Source: an uncultured Thermoleophilia bacterium
Lineage (GTDB): Bacteria; Actinomycetota; Thermoleophilia; UBA2241
NCBI GenBank assembly: GCA_963832655.1
Contig: CAWHUW010000006.1
Location: 252,403-316,402, forward strand
Direction of reading: 5' to 3'
Length of the DNA: 64,000 nucleotides
Each line of letters starts with the position of its first letter. Positions within the stretch are counted from its first letter, which is position 1. Position numbers and translations under genes: made by a program. Below the pieces are notes generated by a model that saw nothing but the letters and a program-made list of their open reading frames with translations, was not told where the DNA came from and searched no databases. Below, piece by piece: positions 31,054 to 40,609 of the stretch.

Positions 31054-31785
31054 TCAACGCGCGGCACTCAGGCCGTCCGCTGCCGGGCGCGCCGGGGCGC
31101 ACACGAGCTCGCAGCAGTCGGCGCCACAACTGATCGACTTCTCGGCGACCGAGAACGTGACAGGGCCCAGGCCGGCCATGACGACCTCGACCACGCCCTC
31201 GAGAAACGAGCGGTGCATGCCGCACACGAGGTCCGGGTCGGTGCCCGAGAGCTCGCGGAAGGCGCAGTTGTGCACGGTGACGTGGAGGCCGTCGTCGCGC
31301 CAGGCGAGCTCGGGCAGCAGGCCCTGGTCCTCGGCGACGCGGCGCACGAGCGTCATGACCTCGTCCGGCGTGCGCGGCGGGCGCCGCTCGCCGGCGACGA
31401 CGCGGCGGCCTTCGGAGAGCCCGGCGTCGCGGGCTGCCTGATCGGCCTTCGAGAGCGAGCCGTTCGCCTCGAGGGCGCCGAGGGCCAGCCGGGCGAGGAG
31501 CTCGTAGCGACGCGGCGGAAAACCGAAGGTGACGACCTTGTCGCTCAGCCGGTAGAGCCGCGCCGGCCGGCCGCCACCGCTCGTCTTGCGCAGGTCGGTG
31601 GCGAGGAAGCCGGCCTGCTCGAGCTTGGAGAGGTGCATGCGGGCCACGTTCGGATGGAGGTGGAAGCGCGCCGCGACGTCGGCGACGGTGACGTCGGTAC
31701 GCGGCCGCTCGGCGATCGCGCGGTAGATGTTGTAGCGCGTGTCGTCGGCGAGTACCGCCGAGAGCTCGTGATCGCGGTCCACCAC
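31054..31785 (-). CDS. winged-helix transcriptional regulator (ArsR/COG2345-like) with Cys-containing C-terminal domain
   Basis: ORF 31054..31785: TRYNIYRAIAERP..VADVAARFHLHPNVARMHLSKLEQAGFL..GGGRPARLYRL. The C-terminal part has CAFREL..LVCGMH..SCGADCCELVC. Confidence 0.7.
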   Translation of the reverse strand: MVDRDHELSAVLADDTRYNIYRAIAERPRTDVTVADVAARFHLHPNVARMHLSKLEQAGFLATDLRKTSGGGRPARLYRLSDKVVTFGFPPRRYELLARLALGALEANGSLSKADQAARDAGLSEGRRVVAGERRPPRTPDEVMTLVRRVAEDQGLLPELAWRDDGLHVTVHNCAFRELSGTDPDLVCGMHRSFLEGVVEVVMAGLGPVTFSVAEKSISCGADCCELVCAPARPAADGLSAAR

Positions 31786-31912
31786 CGCTCCTCCCGTCAG
31801 CTCCTTGCTGGATACTACAGGCGGAGGCTAACCCTGTAAACACGGTGGGCGTAGTGCGAACCGCGCCGGTGGCAAGGCCGGGCGCCGGCGACGGCGGCCG
31901 GCGCGGCCGGCC

Positions 31913-32335
31913 TCAACGCTCGATGTCGAACGCGCGAGGTGATCGGGACGCCGGGGCGCAGCGTCGCCTCGACGCTGCAGTACCGGGTCTCCGAGAGCTC
32001 GATCGCGCGCGCGACCTTCGCCTCGTCGAGGTCGCCCTTGAGACCGATAGACGACCTCGAGCGACGTGTAGCGCTTGGGGTGCTCCTCCGCTCTCGTGCC
32101 GCCGACCTCGATGCTGAACGCCTCGACCGGCTGGCGCATCTTCTTCAGGATCGAGAGCACGTCCATGGCAGTGCACCCTCCAAGCGCGACCGCGAGCAGC
32201 TCCATCGGCCTGACGCCCTCGACGCCGGTGTCGAGGCCCGAGACGAGATCGACCGTTCCGCTCGAGGTCCTCCCCTCGAAGAGGAGACCCTCGCCCTTCC
32301 ATGTCACGGTGGCCGGATCGCTCACGTCGTCCCTC
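31913..32335 (-). CDS. OsmC/Ohr family peroxiredoxin-like protein, one frame break near 32050
   Basis: GTG at 32335 after GGGAGGG. Sequence VTWKGEGLLFEGRTSSG..RPMELLAVALGGCTAMDVLSILKK.. (frame of ORF 31828..33456). The end ..YCSVEATL..AFDIER is in other frames. Confidence 0.7.
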   Translation of the reverse strand, partial: EGRRERSGHRDMEGRGSPLRGEDLERNGRSRLGPRHRRRGRQADGAARGRAWRVHCHGRALDPEEDAPAGRGVQHRGRRHESGGAPQALHVARGRLSVSRATSTRRRSRARSSSRRPGTAASRRRCAPASRSPRAFDIER

Positions 32336-32418
32336 CCGACGGTCCTGGTGCGTTGCCACGGCGCCGACGGCCTGCGCTCCTGCGCCGCCGTCATGCCGTG
32401 CGCTAGACTTGCACCTCG

Positions 32419-33267
32419 ATGACCGTTCTTCAAGCCATCATCCTGGGCATCGTCCAGGGTCTCACCGAGTTCCTGCCCATCTCCAGCTCGGGGCACCTCA
32501 TCCTCGTGCCGTGGCTCTTCAACTGGCACGTGCTCCTCGAGGACCCGGAGCTCAACAAGACCTTCGACGTCGCCCTGCACCTCGGAACGTTCTTCTCGCT
32601 GCTCGTCTACTTCTGGCGCGACATCGGTCGCCTGCTCGCGGCTTGGGGGCGGACCATCTCGCGACGGCGCGTCGACTCGACCGAGGGCAAGCTGGCGTGG
32701 CTGATCGTCCTCAGCACCATCCCCGCCGCGATCGTCGGCGTCGCCCTCGAGGACGTGATCGTCAACACGCTCGGCAAGCCCTGGATGATCGCCGTGCTCA
32801 TGATCGTCTTCGCCGGCGTGATGTACGCGATCGACCGGCTGGCGCGCCACGAACGCGAGATGGCGCAGATGGGCTGGGTCGACGCCCTGCTCATCGGCGC
32901 CGCCCAGGCGCTCTCGCTGGCCCCGGGCGTCTCCCGCTCCGGGGTGACGATGGTGACCGGCCTGGCACTGCGCCTCAAGCGCGAGGCGGCGGCCCGCTAC
33001 TCCTTCCTCATGAGCATCCCGGTCGTCGGCGGGGCCGCCCTCTACAAGGGCCTCGAGGTCGCCGGGGACGGATTGCCTGAGGGTTCGGCGGTCCCGTTCG
33101 CCGCCGGCATCGCGTCGGCGGCGCTGTCGGGCTTCGCCGCGATATGGTTCCTGCTCGCCTACCTGCGCCGCCACGACTTCACGCCGTTCGTGGTCTATCG
33201 GCTCGCCGTCGGCGTCGGGGCCCTGATCCTGATGGCCGTCGGGACCCGCTCGGCCTTCGGCATCTGA
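32419..33267 (+). CDS. uppP: undecaprenyl-diphosphate phosphatase
   Basis: ORF 32419..33267: ILGIVQGLTEFLPISSSGHLIL .. APGVSRSGVTMVTGL .. FLMSIP. Confidence 0.9.
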   Translation: MTVLQAIILGIVQGLTEFLPISSSGHLILVPWLFNWHVLLEDPELNKTFDVALHLGTFFSLLVYFWRDIGRLLAAWGRTISRRRVDSTEGKLAWLIVLSTIPAAIVGVALEDVIVNTLGKPWMIAVLMIVFAGVMYAIDRLARHEREMAQMGWVDALLIGAAQALSLAPGVSRSGVTMVTGLALRLKREAAARYSFLMSIPVVGGAALYKGLEVAGDGLPEGSAVPFAAGIASAALSGFAAIWFLLAYLRRHDFTPFVVYRLAVGVGALILMAVGTRSAFGI

Positions 33268-33339
33268 CGGGCGACGCTCCCAGGGCCTCGTGTAGACTGA
33301 CGACGGGTCTCCCCCTCGTCCCCGCCAGGAGCGGCAGCG

Positions 33340-34435
33340 GTGCGCAACCTTACCCTCGGTGATCGCGGCAGAGAAGTCTCGGACGTGCAGAAGCGCCTGC
33401 GCGCCCAGGGCTTCGTGCTCGGCAACGAGGGCGTCGACGGCTTCTACGGCCCCCACACGCGAGCTCGCCGTGTGCGCCTTTCAGCAGCGCCGCGACCTGC
33501 TGGTCGACGGCGAGGTCGGCGACAACACGTGGCGCGAGCTGGTCGAGACCGGGTACACGCTCGGCGACCGCCTCCTCTACCTGCGCGAGCCGCAGTTCCG
33601 CGGCGACGACGTCCTCGCCCTGCAGGTCAAGCTCAACCTGCTCGGCTTCAACGCAGGTCCCGAGCGCGGCGTCCACGACGAGGACGTCGAGCGGGCCGTC
33701 CTCGACTTCCAGCGCAACGCGGGGCTTGTCGCCGACGGCATCGTCGGACCGACGACCCTGCGACAAGCTCAGAGCGTTGCGCAAGGCCGAGTCGGGCCGC
33801 GAAGGCAAGAAGATCCCCGACCGCCACGGCGGCTACGTCGAGGCGCGCGACCCTGGCGGGGCAGGTGGTCGCCGTTGGACCCCGGCCATGGCGGCGCCGA
33901 CAGTGGCGTCGTGTCGGCGCGCGGCGTCGCCGAGAAGGACGTCGACGCTGACCGTGGCCCGGCGGCTGGAGGAGCTGCTGCGCGCCGAAGGCTGCCAGGT
34001 CGTCGCTGACCCGCACCGGCGACAGGGACGTGCCTCTCTACGAGCGGACCGAGACGGTCTTGGCCGCCGACGCCGACTTCATGTTCTCGCTGCACGCGAA
34101 CGGCCACGAGTCGCCGGCGGCGACGGGCGCCGCGTGCTACTTCTTTCAGCGCAGCCACTACTTCTCGGAACACGGACACCGGCTGGCGCAGCACGTCGGC
34201 GCCCGCCTCGCCGCGCTGGGGACACCGCTTCCTCGGCAGCTTCGGGCGCAACTACGGCATCCTGCGCGAGCCGCGTGCGATCGGCGCTGCTCGTCGAACC
34301 GGTGTTCCTGAGCAGCCCGGCGGACGAGGCTGGGCCGCGAGAGCGGACTTCGACGACCGCGTCGCCGCGGCGATCGCGCCGGGCTGGCCTCGTACCTGCA
34401 GCGGGCGCCGCTCGGACGGGGACGATGCCGTGTGA
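33340..34435 (+). CDS. peptidoglycan-binding-domain N-acetylmuramoyl-L-alanine amidase, multiple frame breaks
   Basis: GTG at 33340. Two PG_binding_1-like repeats: GDRGREVSDVQKRLRAQGF..VDGFYGP and GDDVLALQVKLNLLGF..VADGIVGPTT. Amidase_3 segments follow: VVAVDPGHGGADSG, ADADFMFSLHAN, NYGILREPRA. The TGA overlaps the pylS GTG. Confidence 0.65.
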
Positions 34436-35287
34436 GCCCCGACGCGCCCGACGTGATGAGGCTGACGCCGACGCAGATCCAGCGCCTGCGCGAGCTCGGC
34501 GCCGATCCGGCGCAGCTGGACGAGGACTTCCCGACGGCGGCGGCGCGCGACACCGCCTTCAAGAAGCTCGAGGAGGACTTCGTGCGCGCCGGCAGGGCGC
34601 AGCTCGACGAGCTGCGCCGGACCCGGCGCGCGCCCCGACTGCTCGAGCTCGAGGCGGCGCTGCGCGCCGCCCTCATCGACGCGGGCTTCGTCGAGGTCGT
34701 GACGCCGCACATCATCGCCGGCGAGGCGCTGGCGAAGATGGGCGTCGGGCACGGCCACCCGCTGCGCGAGCAGGTCTTCTGGCTCGAGGACGGAGCCTGC
34801 CTGCGGCCCATGCTGGCCCCGAACCTCTACACGCTCCTGCGCAAGCTCGGCCGCATCTGGAGCCGGCCCTTCGGGATCTTCGAGATCGGCACGTGCTTTC
34901 GCCGCGACAGCAAGGGCAGCCAGCACCTGAACGAGTTCACGATGCTCAACCTCGTCGAGCTCGGGCTGCCCCGGGAGGCGTGCCGGCCGCGCCTCGACGA
35001 GCTCGCCGAGCTCGTCGTGCACGGCGGCAGGCATCGAGGAGTACCAGCTCGTGCGCACGGTGTCGGAGGTCTACGGCGAGATGCTCGACGTGGAGGTCGA
35101 CGGGCAGGAGGTCTGCTCGGCCGCGGTCGGCCCTCTCCCCATGGACGACAACTGGGGCATCGTGGAACCATGGGTCGGGCTCGGCTTCGGCCTCGAGCGC
35201 CTCCTCATGGCGCGCGAGGGGTACCCCAACATCGAGCGCGCCGGCCGCAGCCTCACCTACGTCGACGGCATCCGCCTGAACATCTGA
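34432..35287 (+). CDS. pylS: pyrrolysine--tRNA(Pyl) ligase, catalytic C-terminal-type protein (bacterial split PylSc), one frame break near 35020
   Basis: ORF 34432..35385 gives LRPMLAPNLYTLLRKLGRIWSRPFGIFEIGTCFRRDSKGSQHLNEFTMLNLVELG. Frame +1 (ORF 35051..35287, open from ~35021) gives AAGIEEYQLVRTVSEVYGEMLDVEVDG..VGPLPMDDNWGIVEPWVGLGFGLERLLMAREG..RSLTYVDGIRLNI. Both blocks match remembered PylS sequences of Methanosarcina and Desulfitobacterium nearly motif for motif. Confidence 0.9.
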
Positions 35288-35333
35288 GGCGCGGCCGGTG
35301 GTCTGGCTGCCGCCTGCCGCGAGCGGCCGGAGG

Positions 35334-35984
35334 TCAGGGCAGCCTGGCCGCCTTCACGATCAGCTTGGCGTCGAGCCATGCCTGACCGCCCGGCTCCGTC
35401 ACGTGCGCGAGAAGCTCGCGCACGCGGGCGGCCGTCTCTCCCTCGCACCGGGTGCATGACAACCACTCAGCGAAGACGTGACGGCGCGGGTGCTGCGCCA
35501 GGTCGACGACCCGGAGCCCCGCTGCCGAGAGCATCGCGACCCACTCCGTCTTCGTGTAGGCGCGCACGTGCGTCACGTCGCGCAACCGCTCGGCCTCTTC
35601 CACGCGCTCGTCGTTGTGCAGACCGTCCTCGATCACCACGAGGCGACGGCTGACTCGCGCCATCTCTTGGACGGCACCGGCCGGGTCATCGAAGTGGTGC
35701 GCGGCGAGGCGGCAGACGACGACGTCGAAGGACCGGTCCGCGAAGGGCAGCGCCTCGGCCGGGCAGACGACGTCGGGCTCCATGCCGGCGGAGGCGTCGC
35801 ACGTCGTCACCGTGCAGCCGCGCTCACGCAGGCGCCGCGCGACGTGACCCCCGCCCGTGGCGACGTCGAGCGCCGTCACGCCCTGCACCGGCTCGCACCA
35901 CTCGACCACGAGGTCGAGGTCGGCGCCGGCGCGATGCACGGCGCTGCGCTCGTACGCCTCGCGGCGCTCGTCCCACTCGTTCAC
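35334..35984 (-). CDS. class I SAM-dependent methyltransferase (Methyltransf_11-like)
   Basis: ORF 35334..35984, GTG start. ALDVATGGGHVARRL (motif I) and FDVVVCRLAAHHF. Confidence 0.75.
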   Translation of the reverse strand: MNEWDERREAYERSAVHRAGADLDLVVEWCEPVQGVTALDVATGGGHVARRLRERGCTVTTCDASAGMEPDVVCPAEALPFADRSFDVVVCRLAAHHFDDPAGAVQEMARVSRRLVVIEDGLHNDERVEEAERLRDVTHVRAYTKTEWVAMLSAAGLRVVDLAQHPRRHVFAEWLSCTRCEGETAARVRELLAHVTEPGGQAWLDAKLIVKAARLP

Positions 35985-36055
35985 GACACGAGTCTACGCG
36001 AAGCCGACGCGGGTCGCCCCGTCCTGCCCCCGACGCCGCCCTGAACGTAACGTGA

Positions 36056-36083
36056 GAGGGGCGGGCCTCACGGCCCGCCCCTC
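36056..36083 (-). terminator. hairpin terminator downstream of corrinoid protein gene
   Basis: 12-bp stem GAGGGGCGGGCC/GGCCCGCCCCTC with a 4-nt loop, about 50 nt after the TAG stop at 36131. Confidence 0.5.
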
Positions 36084-36130
36084 GGGAGTCTCGCAAAGGT
36101 CCGGGGCGTCGCCCCGCGAAGGCGTCTTCC

Positions 36131-36769
36131 CTACTTGCCCAGCAGCGCGTCGATCTTCTTGACGCCGTCGTTGGCGTCCTCGGCGTAGGCGTCGGCGCCG
36201 ATCTGGTCGGCCCAGCGCTGGGTGGCGGGAGCGCCGCCCACCACGGTCTTGAAGGAGAGGCCCTCGTCCTTGATGACCTTGATGACCTTCTTCTGCTCCT
36301 CCATCGTCGTCGTCAGCAGAGCGCTCATGCCGATGATGTCGGCGTTCCCTTCCTTGGCCTTGGCGATGAAGGTCTGCGCGGGGACGTCGCGGCCCAGGTC
36401 GGTGACCTCGTAGCCGTTGGCCTTGAGGTAGGCGATCACGATCGCCTTGCCGATGTCGTGCACGTCGCCCTGCACGGTGCCGATGACGACGCGCCCCTTG
36501 GTGGTCGCCGCGCCGGCCTCGAGGGCGGCGTTGGTGACCTCGGTCGCCCCCGCCATCGCGTCGGCGGCCATCATCAGCTCGGGGAGGAACATCTCGCCGC
36601 TCTCGAAGAGCTCGCCGACCTCCTGGATGCCCTTCACGAAGCCGTTCTGCATGATGTCGGCTGGGGTCATGCCCGCGGCCAACGCACGCTTGGCGATGTC
36701 TTCGGCGGCCGCGCGGTCGGCGTTGACGATCGCCTCGCTGGCTTCCTGGTAGAGCTCTTCGTTCCCCAT
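36131..36769 (-). CDS. corrinoid (cobalamin-binding) methyltransferase-partner protein (MtbC/MttC/MtmC-like)
   Basis: ORF 36131..36811; ATG at 36769 after GGGAGGAG. FVKGIQEVGELFESGEMFLPELMMAADAM, B12-binding motif GTVQGDVHDIGKAIV, MSALLTTTM, VGGAP. TAG stop. Confidence 0.9.
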   Translation of the reverse strand: MGNEELYQEASEAIVNADRAAAEDIAKRALAAGMTPADIMQNGFVKGIQEVGELFESGEMFLPELMMAADAMAGATEVTNAALEAGAATTKGRVVIGTVQGDVHDIGKAIVIAYLKANGYEVTDLGRDVPAQTFIAKAKEGNADIIGMSALLTTTMEEQKKVIKVIKDEGLSFKTVVGGAPATQRWADQIGADAYAEDANDGVKKIDALLGK

Positions 36770-36917
36770 GGCCTCGCACTCCTCCCAACGTCGTTCGCAG
36801 CCGTAGATCATACTGCAGCCGTCGCCGACGACCTCGCTCGCGGCAGGGCAAGGCTTTCATCCGATTGGATGACTGTCAAGGACGAGCCGCCGCGCACGCC
36901 TCTGCTAGACTCGGGCC

Positions 36918-37797
36918 ATGAGGTATCACGGCGCCGTCATCCGACCCCCGAGCGAGGCCACCAGCCTCATCCTGCAGGTGACCTACGGGTGCTCCAACAA
37001 CACCTGCGACTTCTGCGGGACGTACCTGGACAAGCCGTTCGCGGTCCGGCCGTTCGGCGAGGTCGCCGAGGACGTGACCGGGCTTCCGGCGGCGGTCAAG
37101 GCGCGCGCCCAGCGCGTCTTTCTCGCCGACGGCGATGCGCTCGCGCTGTCGGCCCGCCGGCTGCTCGAGATCCTCGACCTGCTGCACGCGGAGCTCCCCA
37201 ACCTCGAGCGCGTGAGCTCGTACGCCAACGCGAAGAACCTGCTCGACATGCAGGTCGACGAGCTGCGCCAGCTCAGCGAGCGGGGGCTCGACCTCCTGTA
37301 CCTCGGGCTCGAGTCGGGCGACGACCAGACGCTCGCCGCCATCCACAAGGGCATGACGGTGAGCCGAGCAGGTCGAGGGCTGCCGGCGGGCGAAGGCGGC
37401 CGGCATGAAGCTCTCGGTCACGGCGATCCTCGGCCTCGCCGGCACCGCCCGCTCTCTCGAGCACGGGCGGGCGACGGGCGAGGCCCTCTCGGCCATCGAC
37501 CCCGCCTACATCGGCATCCTCACCCTCATGCTCGTGCCGGGCACGGGCATGCACCACAAGGTCGAGAGCGGCGAGATCGCGCTGCCGGACTCCGTCGGCA
37601 TGCTGCGGGAGCTTCGCGAGATCGTCGCCCACACGGACGTCACCGACTGCCTCTTCCGCTCGAACCATGCCTCCAACTACCTGCCCGTCGGCGGCCGCCT
37701 GCCACAGGACAAGGCGGCCATGCTGACGCGGCTCGACAAGGTGCTCCAGGCGCCCGAGGCCGTGCAGTTGCGGCCCGAGACCTGGCGCGCCCTCTAG
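36918..37797 (+). CDS. radical SAM protein (Cx4Cx2C cluster motif), one frame break near 37360
   Basis: ORF 36918..37916 gives MRYHGAVIRPPSEATSLILQVTYGCSNNTCDFCGTY..FLADGDAL..YLGLESGDD. It continues in the ORF 37405..37797 frame (open from 37363): AEQVEGCRRAKAAGMKLSVTAILGLAG..LTLMLVPGT..FRSNHASNY. TAG stop. Confidence 0.8.
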
Positions 37798-37836
37798 GGA
37801 CGGCGCCGTGCGCGGGCCAGGGGCGCTTCGCTCGTC

Positions 37837-38422
37837 ATGGTCGTCGCCGTGGTGCTGGTCGGGGCTCGCGGTCTGGACGTGGCTGCCGCCGACCGAGTCC
37901 TCGCAGGAGGCGATGAAGCAGAGCATCGTGCGCTACGACACGGCTTCCCTCATCGCCTGGCCCGAGGACCGTCCCGGGCAGACGTCGCTCCCGCAGGCGG
38001 CGAAGGACGAACTGCGTGCGAAGTGGCACACGACGCTCGCCGCAGTATCGGAGGGTGACGCCCTGACGAGGACACTTCAGTTCGATGCGGTCGACCAGAT
38101 GCTGGGCGATCGCCGCCGCCAGCCGGACCGGGTAGTGGTGGCGTGCGGCGGCGAGGTCGTGTACTTCGACGTGCGCCGCCGCACCCTGCGGGGCACGGTG
38201 ATCGTCCGCGCCGCCGTCGCCGAGTGGGTCGAGGCAGGGACGTGGGACGCGGACAGCGGCGCGGTGGTGCGCGTCACGCGCGAGAAGCGCACCAGCGTCC
38301 CGCTGTGTGACTACACCCTGCGCCAGCGCGGCGACGTGTGGAAGGTCGTCGACCGCGCCGCACCGAAAGGCGGGCCGTTCTTCTTCGACACCGAGACCGG
38401 AGAGACGTCGAGCGGGCTGTGA
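37837..38422 (+). CDS. hypothetical membrane-anchored protein, frame break at the G4 run 37861..37864
   Basis: ATG at 37837 gives MVVAVVLVG (ORF 37837..38058). The ORF 37808..38422 frame continues LAVWTWLPPTESSQEAMKQ... Removing one G joins them into one TM helix. I recognise no family. Confidence 0.5.
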
Positions 38423-38480
38423 CGGGCGCCCGCCCGTGCCGCCTTCATCATGCGCCCCAGACGCCCAGCGTGAAGGTTCC

Positions 38481-38825
38481 TCAGCCCGCCGGCATGTCCT
38501 CGTCCCTGAGGAACGAGCCGTAGTCGCGGCGGAACTTCGTCGCCGCGTACTTCTGCAGCTTCCACTCGGGGATGCGGCACTGCGGACAGGCCTCGATGAA
38601 CCACTTGTTGCGCAGCCAGCGGGCGGAGCGGCTGGTCTTCGAATCGCGAACGACCATGCGCTTGCCGCAATGCGTGATGACGATCGCGTGCAGGCCGCGA
38701 GGCTCGAAGTCGCGCACCCCGTGCAGGATACCGCGACGCGACGGCCAGAGCTTCATCTTCTCGACCAGGCGGAAGAGAGGCACCTGCTTGCGGTAGTAGC
38801 GCGCCTTGTTCGGGTCGGTGGGCAT
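38481..38825 (-). CDS. pylSn: pyrrolysyl-tRNA synthetase N-terminal domain protein (PylSn, tRNA(Pyl)-binding)
   Basis: ORF 38481..38825: KLWPSRRGILHGVRDFEPRGLHAIVITHCGKRMVVRDSKTSRSARWLRNKWFIEACPQCRIPEWKLQKY. This aligns with the M. mazei PylS N-terminus [61 protein letters not shown] (LW.SR.G..H, CG, VV..S..SR.AR.LR, C..CR). Confidence 0.85.
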   Translation of the reverse strand: MPTDPNKARYYRKQVPLFRLVEKMKLWPSRRGILHGVRDFEPRGLHAIVITHCGKRMVVRDSKTSRSARWLRNKWFIEACPQCRIPEWKLQKYAATKFRRDYGSFLRDEDMPAG

Positions 38826-38826
38826 G

Positions 38827-40501
38827 TCAGGGCGTCGCGGCCCGGTAGAAGGGCAGGAAGTCGTAGACCGCCCTGGTGGCCACGCCGTCGAGGACGGTGT
38901 CGACCGTCAGCCTGTCAGGGCGCCACTCCTCCGGACCCACACGGAACGAGCCGTCGCCCAGCGGCACGAGCTCGAGCTCGCCGGCCGGCTCGTCGAGCCA
39001 CGGGGCGATCAGCCACAGGCTGCCGGCGCGCTCGACGACGCGCAGGTGGCTCATCCAGGGGTTCCAGCAGTGGTAGTGGCCGCAGACGGCGGATGCGCCG
39101 GGGATCGGGGGGAACTCCGTCGGGCCGCCGTAGGCGGGCCCGGCGTACCAGTCCGCGCCGTGCGTCACCTGCGTGACGCGTCCCTGCTCGTCACGCCAGA
39201 AGCGCAGCGGGAAGCGGTCGAGGTCGGCGTGCGGGACGAGGAAGACGTCCTCGTCGTCGCGCTCGAGGACGACGTCGGCGCCCTGGTGGCGCAGAAGGAG
39301 ACGTCCGCCGGCGGCCGCGAGCGTCAGCGAGCGGCCCGACGCCGGCCCGCCCGGGGGCGCCGCGTACACGCCGGCGTACTCCCCGGCCGCGCCGCCCGAG
39401 GTCGGCGGGCGGCGGCGGCGGCGGCGCAGGCATGGCCTGCCCGGCCGCCGCCGCCCGCCCCGCCTCCAGCACGTACTTGACGAGGTCCTTGCGCTCCTCG
39501 TTGCCGTTCATGAGGACGACGACGCCCAGACCCGCGTCGGGATCGACCATCAGGTACGAGCTGAAACCCACCATGCCGCCCGAGTGACCCACGAGCGTGC
39601 GGCCTTCGTCGTCGTAGACCCCGAGTCCGTACCCGTACCAGTCGTCCTCGGTCGGATCCTCGACGTGCCGCCCCGTCAGCAGGCGGAACGCTTCGGCGCT
39701 GAGCGACCGGCCGTCGGGTCCCTCGCCGCCGTTGAGCAGCAGCCGCGCGTACGCGCACATGTCGGCGGCCGTCGACACGATGCTGCCGTCGGCGCTGGCG
39801 GTCTCGTACCAGGGACTCGCCACCAGAGGGTGCCCCCCGTGCCGGGGCCTGTCGTCGTACATGCGCTGGTGCGGCGTCGCCGTCGACGCCCTCGTGGCCA
39901 GAGCGATCATGGGGTCGCTGTCGTCCATCCCCAGCGGCAACAGCAGTCTCTCGGCGAGCAGCTCCGGGAACGGTGCGCCGGTCACCTCCTCGAGCACGAC
40001 GCCGAGCAGCTTGTAGCCGTCGTTCGAATACAGGAAGCGCTCGCCGGGCGCGTACGTGCACTCGCTCTCGCGCATGAGCCACAGCTCGTGGCGCGCGTCC
40101 AGGCTGACGTCCGTGCCGGTGATGAGGCCGGAGGTGTGGGTGAGCAGGTGGTGGAGCGTGATCGGGGCGAAGCGCGAGCGCACGGTGAACCACGGGACGT
40201 AGTCGGTGACGGGGGCGTGCAGATCGAGGTTCCCGCGTTCCCATTCCTGGAGAACGATGATCGCCGTGAACGACTTGCTGATCGAGCCGATCTGGAAGCG
40301 GTCGGTCGCAGTCATCGGGCGTCGCGCGGCAAGGTCGGCCCAACCACACGCGACGGCGCCGAGAGACCTGTCGCGGTCGGTGAGGCCGACGACCGCGCCG
40401 GGCGTGTGCCACCGCGGCAGACGTGCGTCGATGAAGGCGCCGACCTGCTCGAGCAGGGGCGTCGCATCCATGCGCGCGGTCGAGTCGAGTGAGCCCGTCA
40501 T
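38827..40501 (-). CDS. serine hydrolase (beta-lactamase/PBP4*-like) with C-terminal extension domain, one frame break near 39395
   Basis: ORF 39191..40900 carries DRFQIGSISKSFTAII (SxxK), YSNDGY and GHSGGMVGF. ORF 38827..39369 forms the C-terminal domain. The stop lies 1 nt before the pylSn ATG. Confidence 0.75.
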
Positions 40502-40609
40502 CGCCCGCCCATGATAGCCGTTCGGAGGGCGCCGCATCGGGGAGGCGCAGGAGGGCGGACGGCGCGCGCGAAGATGAAGGTTCCCGCCCGCCGAACGAGG
40601 GAGAGACCG

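Noticed and set aside
37795-38058. TAG stop of the radical SAM gene is in the same frame as the following MVVAVVLVG.. ORF. Considered as a Pyl read-through fusion.
   Set aside because: The intervening 13 codons (GRRRARARGASLV) look non-coding. The downstream ORF has its own ATG and a TM-helix start. The radical SAM protein is already full length compared with its family (ends ..RPETWRAL).
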